Shown here: positions 27,803 to 37,961 of the stretch, in pieces
How positions within the stretch are numbered: the first letter of the stretch is position 1
Layout: the number at the start of each line of letters is the position of its first letter
Assembly (NCBI GenBank): GCA_963765495.1
Contig: CAVXWP010000007.1
Coordinates: 1 to 64,000 of the forward strand
Length of the DNA: 64,000 bases
Origin: Blastocatellia bacterium
GTDB lineage: Bacteria; Acidobacteriota; Blastocatellia; UBA7656
Direction of reading: 5' to 3'
Translations under genes and position numbers: made by a program
Notes under the pieces: model-generated
Told to the model about the DNA's origin: nothing
Database searches by the model: none
What the model saw: the letters and a program-made list of their open reading frames with translations, nothing else

Positions 27803-28528
27803 TTATTGTTTTGGCGTCTGCACATAAATTGAGTCCCAGTTGTTTTCCGTGGAGCCGAAGCCATACAGCATGACCTTGAAATCGGATGACAGACCGCGAA
27901 TCGTGCGTTCAAACCCGACCTCACGGTTTAACATGAAGAAAATCTGTTCGCCGCGCCGACCGATTCCAAGTCTAGGGTTTTTCTCTTTTGTGCCGAGCTT
28001 GCCGTTATCAAGCCGTATCAACTTGCCGTCTTCCGTCTGCCAGGCTTCGAACCTGCCGTCGCTTACCAGAATCCATTCGATGCGGTCCTTTGAATTGCCG
28101 TTGAAGAGCACTGTTAAAATGGCGTATCCCGGCGGAAACCCCCGCTCGCCCGGTTGAGGTGCGCGCATCCCAACCTTTGTGACCGTCGCCTCGACATAGA
28201 AGCGGTCGCCATGAAAAGTCTGCCTGCTTCTTACGCCGGAACGCGAGAGCCCCGCTCCGTGCATTCTCAGTTGATTATCCTTAACCTCGATCTTGCCGCC
28301 GCCGCCGCCTTCAAATGTATAAGTTTCCCATTTCGCCTCATCAAGCTGGTCGCCCTCAAAGTTGTCTCCCCATTCTTCGACAGCGGCCTGCGGCACGGCC
28401 TGTTCTTGCGAAGGCGCAGTTTGTTGAGCCGTTTGTTGAGCCGTTTGTTGAGCCGTCGCAATCGCCATCGTCGCGGCAAACGCGGCGAACAGAATAAACG
28501 GGCGTATGGTTGCGGCTAAGAATTTCAT
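27803..28528 (-). CDS. Secreted hypothetical protein, possible beta-sandwich/lectin-like fold
   Basis: Signal peptide, (AQQT)x3 linker encoded by 12-bp repeats, a 'WGDNFEGDQLDEAKW' start resembling LamG/ConA domains, and beta-rich composition. Confidence 0.7.
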   Translation of the reverse strand: MKFLAATIRPFILFAAFAATMAIATAQQTAQQTAQQTAPSQEQAVPQAAVEEWGDNFEGDQLDEAKWETYTFEGGGGGKIEVKDNQLRMHGAGLSRSGVRSRQTFHGDRFYVEATVTKVGMRAPQPGERGFPPGYAILTVLFNGNSKDRIEWILVSDGRFEAWQTEDGKLIRLDNGKLGTKEKNPRLGIGRRGEQIFFMLNREVGFERTIRGLSSDFKVMLYGFGSTENNWDSIYVQTPKQ

Positions 28529-28616
28529 AACCCTGATCCCTTTTGGCTTTCAATCTGAGCGTGCTCCGAAATAAGCTCTTTCACACACGCTTATCTGAGA
28601 CTTCAAATCTCGAATC

Positions 28617-30275
28617 TCAGAAGATCACATCGCTGAGTCGCCGCACGATTTCGCGCCGCTCGGTCTGTTCCTGCTCTTTTTGCGAATCGCTCAATCGCTT
28701 GAAAGTCGCAAGCGTAGCCTGCGCCTCGGCCGAACGTTTCTGCCGCGCATAGACTCTTCCAAGCTGGTAATAGGCTGCCGCGAGATTGGCGTCGAGCTTG
28801 ATTGCGCGCTCAAACTCGTGCGCCGCATCATTCAGGCGATTGGTGCGGGAATAGAGCTTTCCCAATTCCAGATGCGCCGGAGCAAATTCCGGCTCAAGCT
28901 CCACGGCGCGTTTCAGATGAGCCTCTATCTGCGCCGGGTCCGCGTCGGCCTGTCTGAGAAGCGCATCGGCGATAAGATAATCCACTATCCCAAGCTTTTC
29001 ATTTATCGCAAGCGCCCGCTTGTATCGCTTGATGGCCTCGTCATACTGACCTGTTTCTACATATGTCATCCCGAGATAGGCGTGTGCGGGGGCGAAATTC
29101 GGATCGAGCTCAATGGCGTGCGTGAGAGCCCTGGCCGCCTCGTCGTTCAGCCCTCCCTTGAAGTGAGCGATTCCGAGCGCGACCCACAACCGGGCCGAGC
29201 GCGGGAATAGCTCAAGCGCCTCTTTCAGCCGGATCACAGCCGCCCTCGGTGCCAGCGCATTCGTCAGCAGCAGGCCGTAGGTAAAGCGGTAATTCTCCGA
29301 CTGCGGGTCGCGCTGTATGGCAAGTCGCATGGCCGGAATCGCGTTCTCGATATGCCCGCTCTTTTCATAAACCGAAGCGAGCAAAACATAGATCGGCGCG
29401 GAATCAATCCCGCGAGCCACCGCAGATTCCAGCGTGCGCCCGGCTGCCGGGATGTCGCCCGACGCGAGATAGGCTTTCGCAAGTCGCAGAATCGTCTCCG
29501 TATTCGAAGGGTCGAGGCTTGAGGCTGCGCCGAGTTCCGTCACCGCTTCCTTCACAAGCCCGGCTTCCAGAAGCGCGCTGCCCAGTTCGGCGCGTGATGC
29601 GGCGGAGGCGGTCGTCTTCTTGTCTGCGCCCGCGAGACGGTCCGAGTATCCGCTGAAATATTTAGCGGCGGCCTCGTTGTCTTTGAGGCGCAGGGCGACG
29701 ACTATAATTGCGCGGGCGATCTCGGCATCGGGCGCGAGCGCGTAAGCGCGTTCAAACATCTCTTTCGCCGCGCGAAAGCCTTCGGGCGTGCCTTCTGAAA
29801 AGCGAATCTGCGCCAGGTTGATGAGCGCGCTCGGCTGGTTTTTATCAATCTTCAACGATGCTTCAAACCGCGCGGCCGCCTCTTTCGAGCGACCGAGTTT
29901 GAGCAGAACCGCGCCGTAGTTATTCTGAGCAGATGGTGAATTCGCATCGCTACGGGCGGCAGCGGCGAATTGGCGTTCGGCTTCCGCCAGATCGCCTTCA
30001 CGGTCGGCAATCACGCCGAGGTAAGTATGCGCGGTCACATCATCGGGTTTCAGGGCGAGCACCTGTTGAAAGAGGCTACGCGCGGACGATGAGTCATCTC
30101 TTTCAAGCGCCGCCAGACCCTCGGCAATTAGCCGCTCGGTCTGCCCTGCGCCCGAATCGGTCTGGCCGGAAGAAGACGGCAGAGTGATTGTCGCCCCCAG
30201 ACTTCCCGCTCCTGCCGCTGTGATAAAGAGGGTTATCAGTATAAACCTCAGAGGTTTTGACTTCGTGACACTCAT
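28617..30275 (-). CDS. Secreted tetratricopeptide repeat protein
   Basis: Signal peptide and many TPR units (e.g. 'AHTYLGVI', 'AHAYLGMTY', 'AYYQLGRVY'). Start placed at ATG 30275. Confidence 0.88.
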   Translation of the reverse strand: MSVTKSKPLRFILITLFITAAGAGSLGATITLPSSSGQTDSGAGQTERLIAEGLAALERDDSSSARSLFQQVLALKPDDVTAHTYLGVIADREGDLAEAERQFAAAARSDANSPSAQNNYGAVLLKLGRSKEAAARFEASLKIDKNQPSALINLAQIRFSEGTPEGFRAAKEMFERAYALAPDAEIARAIIVVALRLKDNEAAAKYFSGYSDRLAGADKKTTASAASRAELGSALLEAGLVKEAVTELGAASSLDPSNTETILRLAKAYLASGDIPAAGRTLESAVARGIDSAPIYVLLASVYEKSGHIENAIPAMRLAIQRDPQSENYRFTYGLLLTNALAPRAAVIRLKEALELFPRSARLWVALGIAHFKGGLNDEAARALTHAIELDPNFAPAHAYLGMTYVETGQYDEAIKRYKRALAINEKLGIVDYLIADALLRQADADPAQIEAHLKRAVELEPEFAPAHLELGKLYSRTNRLNDAAHEFERAIKLDANLAAAYYQLGRVYARQKRSAEAQATLATFKRLSDSQKEQEQTERREIVRRLSDVIF

Positions 30276-30320
30276 GTTTCGTGTTTTGTCAGCTGCCCCT
30301 CTATTATAGCCGCAAGCCTT

Positions 30321-30373
30321 CAAAAACAAACGGTGCAGAGGAAATTCCCACCCATTCGCCTCCGCACCGTTTG
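30321..30373 (-). terminator. Stem-loop followed by a U-tract downstream of the TBDR
   Basis: caaacggtgcagagg ... cctccgcaccgtttg inverted repeat, followed by TTTTT on the minus strand. Confidence 0.65.
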
Positions 30374-30392
30374 CCTGTGCCGCCGTTTCGGC

Positions 30393-33300
30393 TTAGAAAA
30401 GAAATCTTAAACCGACCTGTATGCGACGCGGCTGCTCGGGGTCGTTGAATCGACTGGATTGACCGAAGATGGCCAGATTGTTCAGGTCTACTGCCGGTAA
30501 GAGGAAACGCCCCCGGTTGAACGCGTTGAAGAAATCGACCCGAAATTCAATCGCGGTCGTCTCTGTGATGCGCGTCTTCTTGAGGATGTTGAAATCTTCG
30601 GCGTAGAAGGGCTGTCCGCGCAGGCTGCTGTAAGTAGGCGCGGCAGTGCCGAAGAACCGCGTCGGATCGGAATAGAAAGCCCTGTAAGCCGCCGAGCCGA
30701 TGTCTCCGGCTGTGAAGCCTCCGCCGTAGTCGGGCGGGCGCGAGAACGCGTCCGGGTTCAGATATTGATACCTTATCCCCGTGGCCGGATCGTCTGTGTA
30801 AAACGGCTCTCCCGTGATGTTGGGTCGCAGGTTGCCGCCAAATCCGATCAGGTCGAGAAAATCTCTGCTGCCGCCGGAGATAAAAGGAACCAGAAGCGGA
30901 CCCTGACGATAACGCTGGACCGCCGATACCTGCCAGCCGCCTACCAGCCGGTCTACCGCGCCGCCCTGATTCAGAAATCGCCTGCCCTTTCCAAAAGGCA
31001 ATTCGATCAGATAATTGATCACAAGCGAGTGCGGCACGATGTTTGGCGACGGCGTGCGGAGCGATTTTCGATCATAGGGATTTTGCACAACTCCGGTGAT
31101 CGGAGTGTCCCCGAACAGGTCTTCGGCTGCGTCCGTGAGCAGCTTTGCGAAAGTATACGAGACGCCGATTTGCATACCCTGCGCGAAACGGCGCTGAAGG
31201 TTGAGTTTTAGCGCGTTATAAAAACTCTGCCCCTGACTCTCAAGATGCTCGGTTATGCGACCGTATTGCGGGAACGGTTTCAGGGATTGAGCCACCGTTC
31301 CGTTAAAACCGGGGAAGACCGCCGCGTTGTTTGCGGGCAGGGTCACGCCTACGCTCTGAGCATAGGCTCGCTGCGCTCCGGTCACATCGGCGAGCGGCAA
31401 TTGCAGGAACGCGTTTCCGAGCTTGAGGGCCTCGAGCGGCAAGGCGTTTAGCGGGCTGAAGTTTGACCGCAACCGGGTTCCCTTGCTTCCTACATACGAG
31501 ACGGCGGCTACGAAATTGCCCGGCAGTTCGCGCTGGATTTCGAGGCTGTATTGCGCCGTGCGACCTATCTTGAAGTTTCGATCAAAGCCTTCGACATCCG
31601 CGCCGATAAACTGGCTTGTCGGATCGGGCGTAGGCAGGACCGGGTAGTTGCTGAGTCTGATGAAAGCGTCGAAACCGAAATTGATGTTGGCTCCGCCCTG
31701 CACGGAAAATCCCGCCTGCCCGCCGCGCCCGAAATCGTTGTAGAGCAACGGAGCGTAGTAGAGGCCGTAGCCGCCGCGCACAACCGTCTTGTCATTGACC
31801 GAGTAAGCGAATCCGAACCTCGGCGAGAAGTTGGAATAGTCGGGTTTGATCAACCCTCTGTAAGGCGAGGTCGGTCCGAAATCGGTGCCCGGAGGACCGG
31901 CAAGCGCGCCGAGCCGCCCGCCTGCATCCGGGTTTGGCACAAACTTGTCAAAGCCCCGGTAAAGGTCTTTGTGCTCGACTCGCGGATATGGAATGTCATA
32001 ACGGATGCCGATGTTGACCGTGAGTTTCTGAGTGACCTTTATGTCATCCTGAGCAAAGAAGGTCGGCTCGAAGAAGCGGAAGCCCGGATCGATCGATTGC
32101 ACGGTGGCAAAGGAAAATTCGGGCGCGCCTGTGATAAGACTGGCGATGGGCCAACCCTGCCGGAACCCATCGCCGTTTGATGTCTGGTTGCTGATGAAAT
32201 TGAAATTGCCGCCAAGATCAAAGTGGTTGGAATCGTTCAACTGCTGCCATCTTGTCTCAGCGCCAAACTTGAACGTATGTTTCCCGCGTACCCACGTCAC
32301 GAAATCGGTAAGCTGAACGGCGTTGTCGCCATCCTGATTATCGAAGAACGTAGACCCGCCCGGCTGATAAGCGCGCGGGTCGGGCGAGGTCACAGGGTCG
32401 CCGACCAGGGGGAAACCTATGAGCGGAAGCGCAAGATTCTGCGTGGCGTTTGCCGGTAAACCTATCGTCGTCGGGCTTATGTTCCTTGTGAAATTTCGGT
32501 TCTGTACGAAAGACCGCGTAAAGCCCGCGTTGAAGTGATTGAGCAGCGTGGGGCTGAAAGTGAAATCGTCTTGCAGGCGATAATATTGCGAGTGGAACAC
32601 CTGTCTGAACGAACCTTGCTGAACCCACGGCTCAGGAAAACGCGGGAAAGCGCCCTGGATTTTTGTCTGGCTGCGGTAGGTGGAACTGAATGCGATCTGG
32701 TGTCTATCCGAGATTACGAAATTGACCTTCTCGGCGTAGTAGTTGGTTCTGGTCGGTCTTCCGCTCGTCGCGAGGTAGTTGTGAAAGACGCCTTCGCTTG
32801 TCGGCAGCGGAAAAAGCTGATTGATGATGTTAAACCCTACGGGGTCAATTACTGATTGACCCTGCGCGTTTTTGTAAAGGTCGAGGCGATTGCCGGGAAT
32901 CGCGGGACGATTACAGCACGGCACGGTGTTGTCAAAGATTTGAACCGGCCCGCCGAAAAATCCGAGCACGTACGGATCGGTCAACAATTCAGAGAAATCA
33001 CCCGCGCGCATCTTAACCGTCGGGACGCTTACGGGTACTGTTTCGCTCTGATCGAGACGATAGCCACCGTAGTTGAAAAAGAAGAAAGCGCGGTCCTTGA
33101 AACTCTTTAGCTTCGGATGCCAACCGTCAAGGTAGGGCAGATAGATGGGACCGCCTACGCTGAATCCGTAATCGTGCTGGCGGTCAAGCGATTTCTCAAT
33201 CCCTGTCAGCCGATTGAGGTCGTTGTTGGCGTTCAATGCTTCATTGCGGAGAAACTCGTATGCTTCGCCGTGAAAATCATTGCCGCCCGATTTGATCGTA

Positions 33301-34070
33301 AAGTTGACCACGCCACCCGATGAGTTGCCAAATTCGGCCGAATACTGCGCGGTGCTCACGGTGAACTCCTGAAAGGCGTTCGGGCCGGGCGCAACTTCGG
33401 TAAAGAAGGTGCCGTTTTCGGCGCGCTTTGTCCCCGCGCCGTCGATCAGAATCTCGGTTCCCAGCCCCTGACCGCCGTTGACCCTGAAATTGAACCCCAG
33501 CGTGCCGTTTGCTCGCGCCGCCTCGTTTTGGGTGTCTACGCTGCCGCCGCCCGAGACTATACTGCTGTCAAGAAATATGAATGACAGAGGCGAGCGCCCG
33601 GCAGTTTCTCCGCCGATTTGCAGAGGCAGTTCTCTGATCTGCCTCTCGCTGACATTGGTCTGCTGAACGGGGCTTTCGGTTTGCAGCACCGGAACGCTGT
33701 CAGCCGAAACCGTCACCGATTCGCCGACTCCGCCTACTTCGAGCCGCGCGTCCACCGTGCGAGTAATCTGCACGGCTACCTTGACATCGTCAAAGGTCGC
33801 GGTTTTGAAACCGTCAAGCTCTATCGTCAGCCGATAAGTCGCGGCCTTTAACTGTGGAAGGGTGAAGGTTCCCTCGCTTGAAGTGACGGTTTCGCGTACA
33901 TCGTTATTCTCGACGTTTGTGGCTGTTACCTTCGCGCCCGCAACAACGGCCCCGCTCGGGTCTGTGACCCTGCCGGTGATCCCGCCCCGGTCGCTTTGCG
34001 CGTAGGCGGGAAAAGCCGACGCAAACAAAATGGCAAACACTGTGACGATACTCAGCCTGCGCAATCTCAT
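30393..34070 (-). CDS. TonB-dependent receptor (carboxypeptidase-regulatory-like N-domain, Oar type)
   Basis: Signal peptide, 'GGITGRVTDPSGAVVAGAKV', plug 'YSAEFGNSSGGVVN..IKSGGN', C-terminal 'PRRIQVGLRFLF'. ATG 34070 with an AGGAGG SD. Confidence 0.93.
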   Translation of the reverse strand: MRLRRLSIVTVFAILFASAFPAYAQSDRGGITGRVTDPSGAVVAGAKVTATNVENNDVRETVTSSEGTFTLPQLKAATYRLTIELDGFKTATFDDVKVAVQITRTVDARLEVGGVGESVTVSADSVPVLQTESPVQQTNVSERQIRELPLQIGGETAGRSPLSFIFLDSSIVSGGGSVDTQNEAARANGTLGFNFRVNGGQGLGTEILIDGAGTKRAENGTFFTEVAPGPNAFQEFTVSTAQYSAEFGNSSGGVVNFTIKSGGNDFHGEAYEFLRNEALNANNDLNRLTGIEKSLDRQHDYGFSVGGPIYLPYLDGWHPKLKSFKDRAFFFFNYGGYRLDQSETVPVSVPTVKMRAGDFSELLTDPYVLGFFGGPVQIFDNTVPCCNRPAIPGNRLDLYKNAQGQSVIDPVGFNIINQLFPLPTSEGVFHNYLATSGRPTRTNYYAEKVNFVISDRHQIAFSSTYRSQTKIQGAFPRFPEPWVQQGSFRQVFHSQYYRLQDDFTFSPTLLNHFNAGFTRSFVQNRNFTRNISPTTIGLPANATQNLALPLIGFPLVGDPVTSPDPRAYQPGGSTFFDNQDGDNAVQLTDFVTWVRGKHTFKFGAETRWQQLNDSNHFDLGGNFNFISNQTSNGDGFRQGWPIASLITGAPEFSFATVQSIDPGFRFFEPTFFAQDDIKVTQKLTVNIGIRYDIPYPRVEHKDLYRGFDKFVPNPDAGGRLGALAGPPGTDFGPTSPYRGLIKPDYSNFSPRFGFAYSVNDKTVVRGGYGLYYAPLLYNDFGRGGQAGFSVQGGANINFGFDAFIRLSNYPVLPTPDPTSQFIGADVEGFDRNFKIGRTAQYSLEIQRELPGNFVAAVSYVGSKGTRLRSNFSPLNALPLEALKLGNAFLQLPLADVTGAQRAYAQSVGVTLPANNAAVFPGFNGTVAQSLKPFPQYGRITEHLESQGQSFYNALKLNLQRRFAQGMQIGVSYTFAKLLTDAAEDLFGDTPITGVVQNPYDRKSLRTPSPNIVPHSLVINYLIELPFGKGRRFLNQGGAVDRLVGGWQVSAVQRYRQGPLLVPFISGGSRDFLDLIGFGGNLRPNITGEPFYTDDPATGIRYQYLNPDAFSRPPDYGGGFTAGDIGSAAYRAFYSDPTRFFGTAAPTYSSLRGQPFYAEDFNILKKTRITETTAIEFRVDFFNAFNRGRFLLPAVDLNNLAIFGQSSRFNDPEQPRRIQVGLRFLF

Positions 34071-34201
34071 TGGTGCCTCCTGAAAGCTCAACAAACCCGC
34101 TGCCGGTCTGTTTTCATAAGAAACGCTTAATCGCCGGATGGTAAAGTCGCCCTGCGCGACAAAACCTGTAAGATCCGTCTCGACCCTGAAAAGCTCTCAA
34201 A

Positions 34202-34312
34202 GATGCTTGGATCGTGTGATCTGCTTGAATGTCGATAGATTAATCGGTGCGGATGCTTATTTACACCACAAATGAACACGATGTCAAGACAAAAAATCAC
34301 GATTCGAGCATC
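34202..34312. promoter_or_regulatory. Divergent promoter region with repeated GATGCTYGRAT motifs (candidate operators)
   Basis: gatgcttggatcgtg (34202) and inverted cacgattcgagcatc (34298) match 13/15. Partial copies at 34222 and 34252. Minus-strand TTGACA at 34282-34287. Confidence 0.45.
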
Positions 34313-34335
34313 AGCCCCGTACAGAAGGGGTATAT

Positions 34336-34414
34336 TTTTGACAGGATTAGCAAGATTTTTAAGGATTAGAAGTGAATCTTGTAAATTCAATCTAATCCTG
34401 TTAATCCCGTCAAA
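34336..34414. repeat. Nonamer-arm palindrome (ACAGGATTA units)
   Basis: tttgacaggattagcaagatt...aatctaatcctgttaatcccgtcaaa; a related copy lies at 60520-60597. Confidence 0.65.
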
Positions 34415-34472
34415 GTCTTTTCCTTCGTCGCTAATCATTGAAGAGAGCCGAGAGTCGTGTTATTGATTGACG

Positions 34473-35486
34473 ATGATTCTGTCGCGTCGTGTCTGGTCTG
34501 TTTTTGCGGTTGTCGCTTTGATCGTAACGGGCAATCCGGTATACGGGCAGAGAGAGGTTTCGCCCGGGGGCGATGAACTTCAGGGGGACATCCGCTATGT
34601 CCACGATCCAAGTATCATTAAAGAGGGCAATACCTTTTATCTCTTCTCGACAAGGGGGGGCATTAGCGTACGCTGCTCAGAAGACCTGATCAGGTGGAGG
34701 TTGTGCGGGGATGTTTTCGGGCATCTCCCGCTATGGGCCGTACAGGATGTGCCGGGGCTGAGGGGGTTATGGGCACCCGATATTTCCTATTTCAACGGCA
34801 GGTATCATCTTTATTATTCGGCGTCCACATTTGGGAGCAATCGTTCGAGCATAGGTCTGGCAACAAATCAGACGCTCGACCCGCTGGGCGATAAGTACAG
34901 ATGGGAAGATCAGGGAAAGGTGATCAGTTCTTATCCTTCCGATGATTGGAACGCCATCGATCCTAACATCATTCTGGATGAGAAGGGGCAGCCGTGGTTG
35001 TCGTTTGGCAGTTTCTGGGGAGGGATAAAACTTCGCAAAATTGATCAGCCGACGGGCAAGCTCGACCTAACGGATCAGACTCTCTATTCGCTTGCCGCTC
35101 GTCCCCGAGGCCCGGACCTGCCGGGAGCGGTTGAGGCTCCGTTTATCATCCGAAAAAACGGCTATTATTACCTCTTCGTCTCTTTTGATTTTTGCTGTCG
35201 GGGCGTGATGAGCACATACAACATCCGGGTAGGGCGTTCGCGGCGCGTCACCGGCCCCTACACGGACCGCGCCGGAAAAGACATGCGCGAGGGAGGCGGG
35301 ACACTCATAGTGGAAAGTCAGGGGCGATGGCACGGACCCGGACACTGTGCGATTCTTTCGGACAAAGATGGAGAGAAGATCGTCTATCACGCCTATGATG
35401 CGGAGATGCGCGGCCTCGCGACTTTAAGGATCAGCCCGCTTGTCTGGGATGCCGAAGGATGGCCCGCGCCGGGAGAGCACAGATAA
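34473..35486 (+). CDS. abnA: GH43 endo-1,5-alpha-L-arabinanase
   Basis: Signal peptide; 'VHDPSI', 'WAPDI', 'NAIDP', 'FGSFWGGI', 'EAPF', 'DFCCRG', 'GPGH'. Confidence 0.9.
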   Translation: MILSRRVWSVFAVVALIVTGNPVYGQREVSPGGDELQGDIRYVHDPSIIKEGNTFYLFSTRGGISVRCSEDLIRWRLCGDVFGHLPLWAVQDVPGLRGLWAPDISYFNGRYHLYYSASTFGSNRSSIGLATNQTLDPLGDKYRWEDQGKVISSYPSDDWNAIDPNIILDEKGQPWLSFGSFWGGIKLRKIDQPTGKLDLTDQTLYSLAARPRGPDLPGAVEAPFIIRKNGYYYLFVSFDFCCRGVMSTYNIRVGRSRRVTGPYTDRAGKDMREGGGTLIVESQGRWHGPGHCAILSDKDGEKIVYHAYDAEMRGLATLRISPLVWDAEGWPAPGEHR

Positions 35487-35514
35487 AATTCGAATAGATT
35501 TTGAGGGCAGTCGG

Positions 35515-36306
35515 TTAAGCCCTGCGGACCTCGATGCCCCTGTCGATAAAAGGAGCGATGTCTTCGTCTCTGGCTCCTTTGTCTGTGATCAGGAGGTTTA
35601 TGTTTTCAATAGGCCAGATCAAAGCCGTGCCTACGGCTCCGATTTTTCTATGATCGGCCACGACGATTCTTTGCCGCGCCTGCTGCATCATGGCGCGATG
35701 GACCGAAGCCTGATCGGGATAGTTGGTCGTCAATCCGTGTTCTATGTGGATGCCGTCTACGCCGATAAAGACCTTATCAACAAACATCTCGCGGGCGCTC
35801 TGAATGGCCGAAGGACCGACAAGCGCAAACCAGTCGCCGCTCAACTGACCGCCTGTGACAAACAGTTTCAGGTCGTCGCGGTGAGAGAGTTCCATCGCTA
35901 CGTTCACGGCGTTTGTCATAACGGTGATTCCCTTGTGGAGGCATACGCTGCGGGCAACCTGCGTGGCGGTCGTGCCCGCGCCGATTGCTATGATTTCACC
36001 ATCGGCGACAAGTTCTGCGGCGAGCAGACCGATGCGGCGTTTTTCGGCGGCCTGTTTTCTGTCCTGTTCGTGATATGACGAGATATTGCGAAACGGCTCG
36101 TAGAGTAATGGCTGGATGGGAACCGCGCCGCCGTGGCTCCGCAGTAGGAGTCCGCGTTGTTCGAGTTCGATGAGGTCGCGGCGGATCGTCGCTTCCGATA
36201 CCTTCAATCGTTTTGCCAGGAAGGATACGGAAACCTTTTCGGCTCTCAAGAGTTCCTGCAAAATCAATTGTGCGCGTTGCTCTCCGGCGGAAAGTTCGTT
36301 GGCCAT
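35515..36306 (-). CDS. DeoR/GlpR-family transcriptional regulator
   Basis: HTH 'VSEATIRRDL..LE..GLL.RSHGGA' and DeoRC domain 'EKRRIG', 'GAGTT', 'VADHRK'. Confidence 0.93.
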   Translation of the reverse strand: MANELSAGEQRAQLILQELLRAEKVSVSFLAKRLKVSEATIRRDLIELEQRGLLLRSHGGAVPIQPLLYEPFRNISSYHEQDRKQAAEKRRIGLLAAELVADGEIIAIGAGTTATQVARSVCLHKGITVMTNAVNVAMELSHRDDLKLFVTGGQLSGDWFALVGPSAIQSAREMFVDKVFIGVDGIHIEHGLTTNYPDQASVHRAMMQQARQRIVVADHRKIGAVGTALIWPIENINLLITDKGARDEDIAPFIDRGIEVRRA

Positions 36307-36362
36307 ATGATCTCTTTTCCCGCACTCCCTCCTTAACTCTGATTATCACATCAATCTGCCGC

Positions 36363-37961
36363 TCAGTTTTGAGGAGGATCAATAAGCTTAAGGATAACAC
36401 TTTCCTGATTGCGTTGTTCGCCTCGCAACTGGTCGGCGAGGTCGAACATTTTCTTTGCGGCTTCCTTGTCGCCGAACTTCGCGTAAACAAGCCCGAGTTG
36501 ATAGGCCGCGCGAAGGTCTTTTGGATTCAGTTCCAAAGCGTGCTCAAGCGTCTTGCGCGCCGCCTCGTAATCGCCCTGATCGCGGTAGGCGGCTCCGAGC
36601 GCGGAGTTCGCCGCCGCGTGTTCGGGAATCGCGTGAACGACTCGCTGTAACGTCTCTATGGCGGCTCTGCGGTCTCCCTCTTCATATAAGATCAGGCCGA
36701 GCAGATACTCGGCATCCGGGTCAGGGTTGAGTTTAAGGCTGCGCCCTACGGCGCTTCGAGCCTCGGTCATCTGTTTGAGGCCGTGCAGCGCCGCGCCCAG
36801 CAGGTAGAAACCTGCCGCGTCCTGCGGGCGCAACCCGACGTATCTTTTCATCAATCGCGCCGCTTCCTCTATATCGCCCTTTCTCAGGTGCGCCGCCGCC
36901 AACGCATAAATATAGGCGGGCTCATTTGGATACAGCCGGTCGAGTTGCTCGAAGGCGGAAACCGCGTCGATAAGCAATTCCATTTCGAGGGCGGTTCGGC
37001 CAAAGTCATAAAGCACGCCGGGAGAATCGGGCGCGAGTCGGCGCGCTTCAACCAGATGCGAGAGCGCCTTCTCAGGGTTTTTATTTGCGCGAGCCACCTG
37101 CGCAAGCGCCCGAAGTGTACCGACATCACCGGGGCGGGCCTCTAACGCGCTCGAAAGATGTCTGTCGGCCGCATCATATCGTTTTGCCGATGCTTCGATC
37201 ACCCCGAGCGCATAGAGCACGGGAAACGATGAAGAATTACCCTTCTGAGTCTCTTCAAGCAGGTCGAGCGCCTCATTGCTCAACCCTCCCCCGGCGAGCA
37301 GCATCGCAAATTCCGCCTGCTCTTTTGCACCGCGAATGTCGGATGCTTTGAAATCGCGCACGACCTCGCGCGCCTCTTCAGGCCGGTTGAGCGCAAGCAG
37401 AGATTTGAGTTTTAACTGGAAATAATCCGGGCTTGCCTCGGAGCGCGGGATGAGTCGCAGGTGTTCCAGCGCGCGTTCGTATTCATGGCGCGCCTCGTAA
37501 ATCGTGGCGAGGTCCAGATTGATGTCGGAGCGTTCGGGCGCGAGTTTGTGCGCGGCGAGCAGGATTTCCAGCGCCTGGCGCGGGCGATTTGTAGCGAGAA
37601 ACAATTCGCCGAGATTTACATGCGCTCCGATATGAGTCGGGGAAGAGGCCATCGCCCGCCTGAACAATTGCTCGGCTTCCTTTTCGCGTTGTTGCCGGGC
37701 ACGCACTACGCCGAGCAAGTTGAGCGCATTCGCATTCCGAGGCGAATCGGCAAGCACAGAGCCAAGCAGGGTTTCCGCCTCGGGCAGGTGGCCTTCGCGG
37801 ATCAATTCGACGGCCTGTTCCAGACGCGGCAGTACATCTGGAGACTGGCGCGCAGTGTGAGCCTGAACAGAGAAGGTTAAACAGAGCGTTGCGATGGTTG
37901 CTATCGCGCGCCCGGCAATTTCAAAGCGGCTTATCGTCCTGATGAGATATGGAATGCCCAT
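36363..37961 (-). CDS. Secreted tetratricopeptide repeat protein
   Basis: Signal peptide and multiple TPRs ('ALNLLGVV', 'AHVNLGEL', 'AAYQLGLVY'). Confidence 0.88.
   Translation of the reverse strand: MGIPYLIRTISRFEIAGRAIATIATLCLTFSVQAHTARQSPDVLPRLEQAVELIREGHLPEAETLLGSVLADSPRNANALNLLGVVRARQQREKEAEQLFRRAMASSPTHIGAHVNLGELFLATNRPRQALEILLAAHKLAPERSDINLDLATIYEARHEYERALEHLRLIPRSEASPDYFQLKLKSLLALNRPEEAREVVRDFKASDIRGAKEQAEFAMLLAGGGLSNEALDLLEETQKGNSSSFPVLYALGVIEASAKRYDAADRHLSSALEARPGDVGTLRALAQVARANKNPEKALSHLVEARRLAPDSPGVLYDFGRTALEMELLIDAVSAFEQLDRLYPNEPAYIYALAAAHLRKGDIEEAARLMKRYVGLRPQDAAGFYLLGAALHGLKQMTEARSAVGRSLKLNPDPDAEYLLGLILYEEGDRRAAIETLQRVVHAIPEHAAANSALGAAYRDQGDYEAARKTLEHALELNPKDLRAAYQLGLVYAKFGDKEAAKKMFDLADQLRGEQRNQESVILKLIDPPQN

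Noticed and set aside
28423-28456. 12-bp tandem repeat as a phase-variation tract
   Set aside because: The unit length is a multiple of 3 and encodes an AQQT linker after the signal peptide, so copy-number change would not switch expression.
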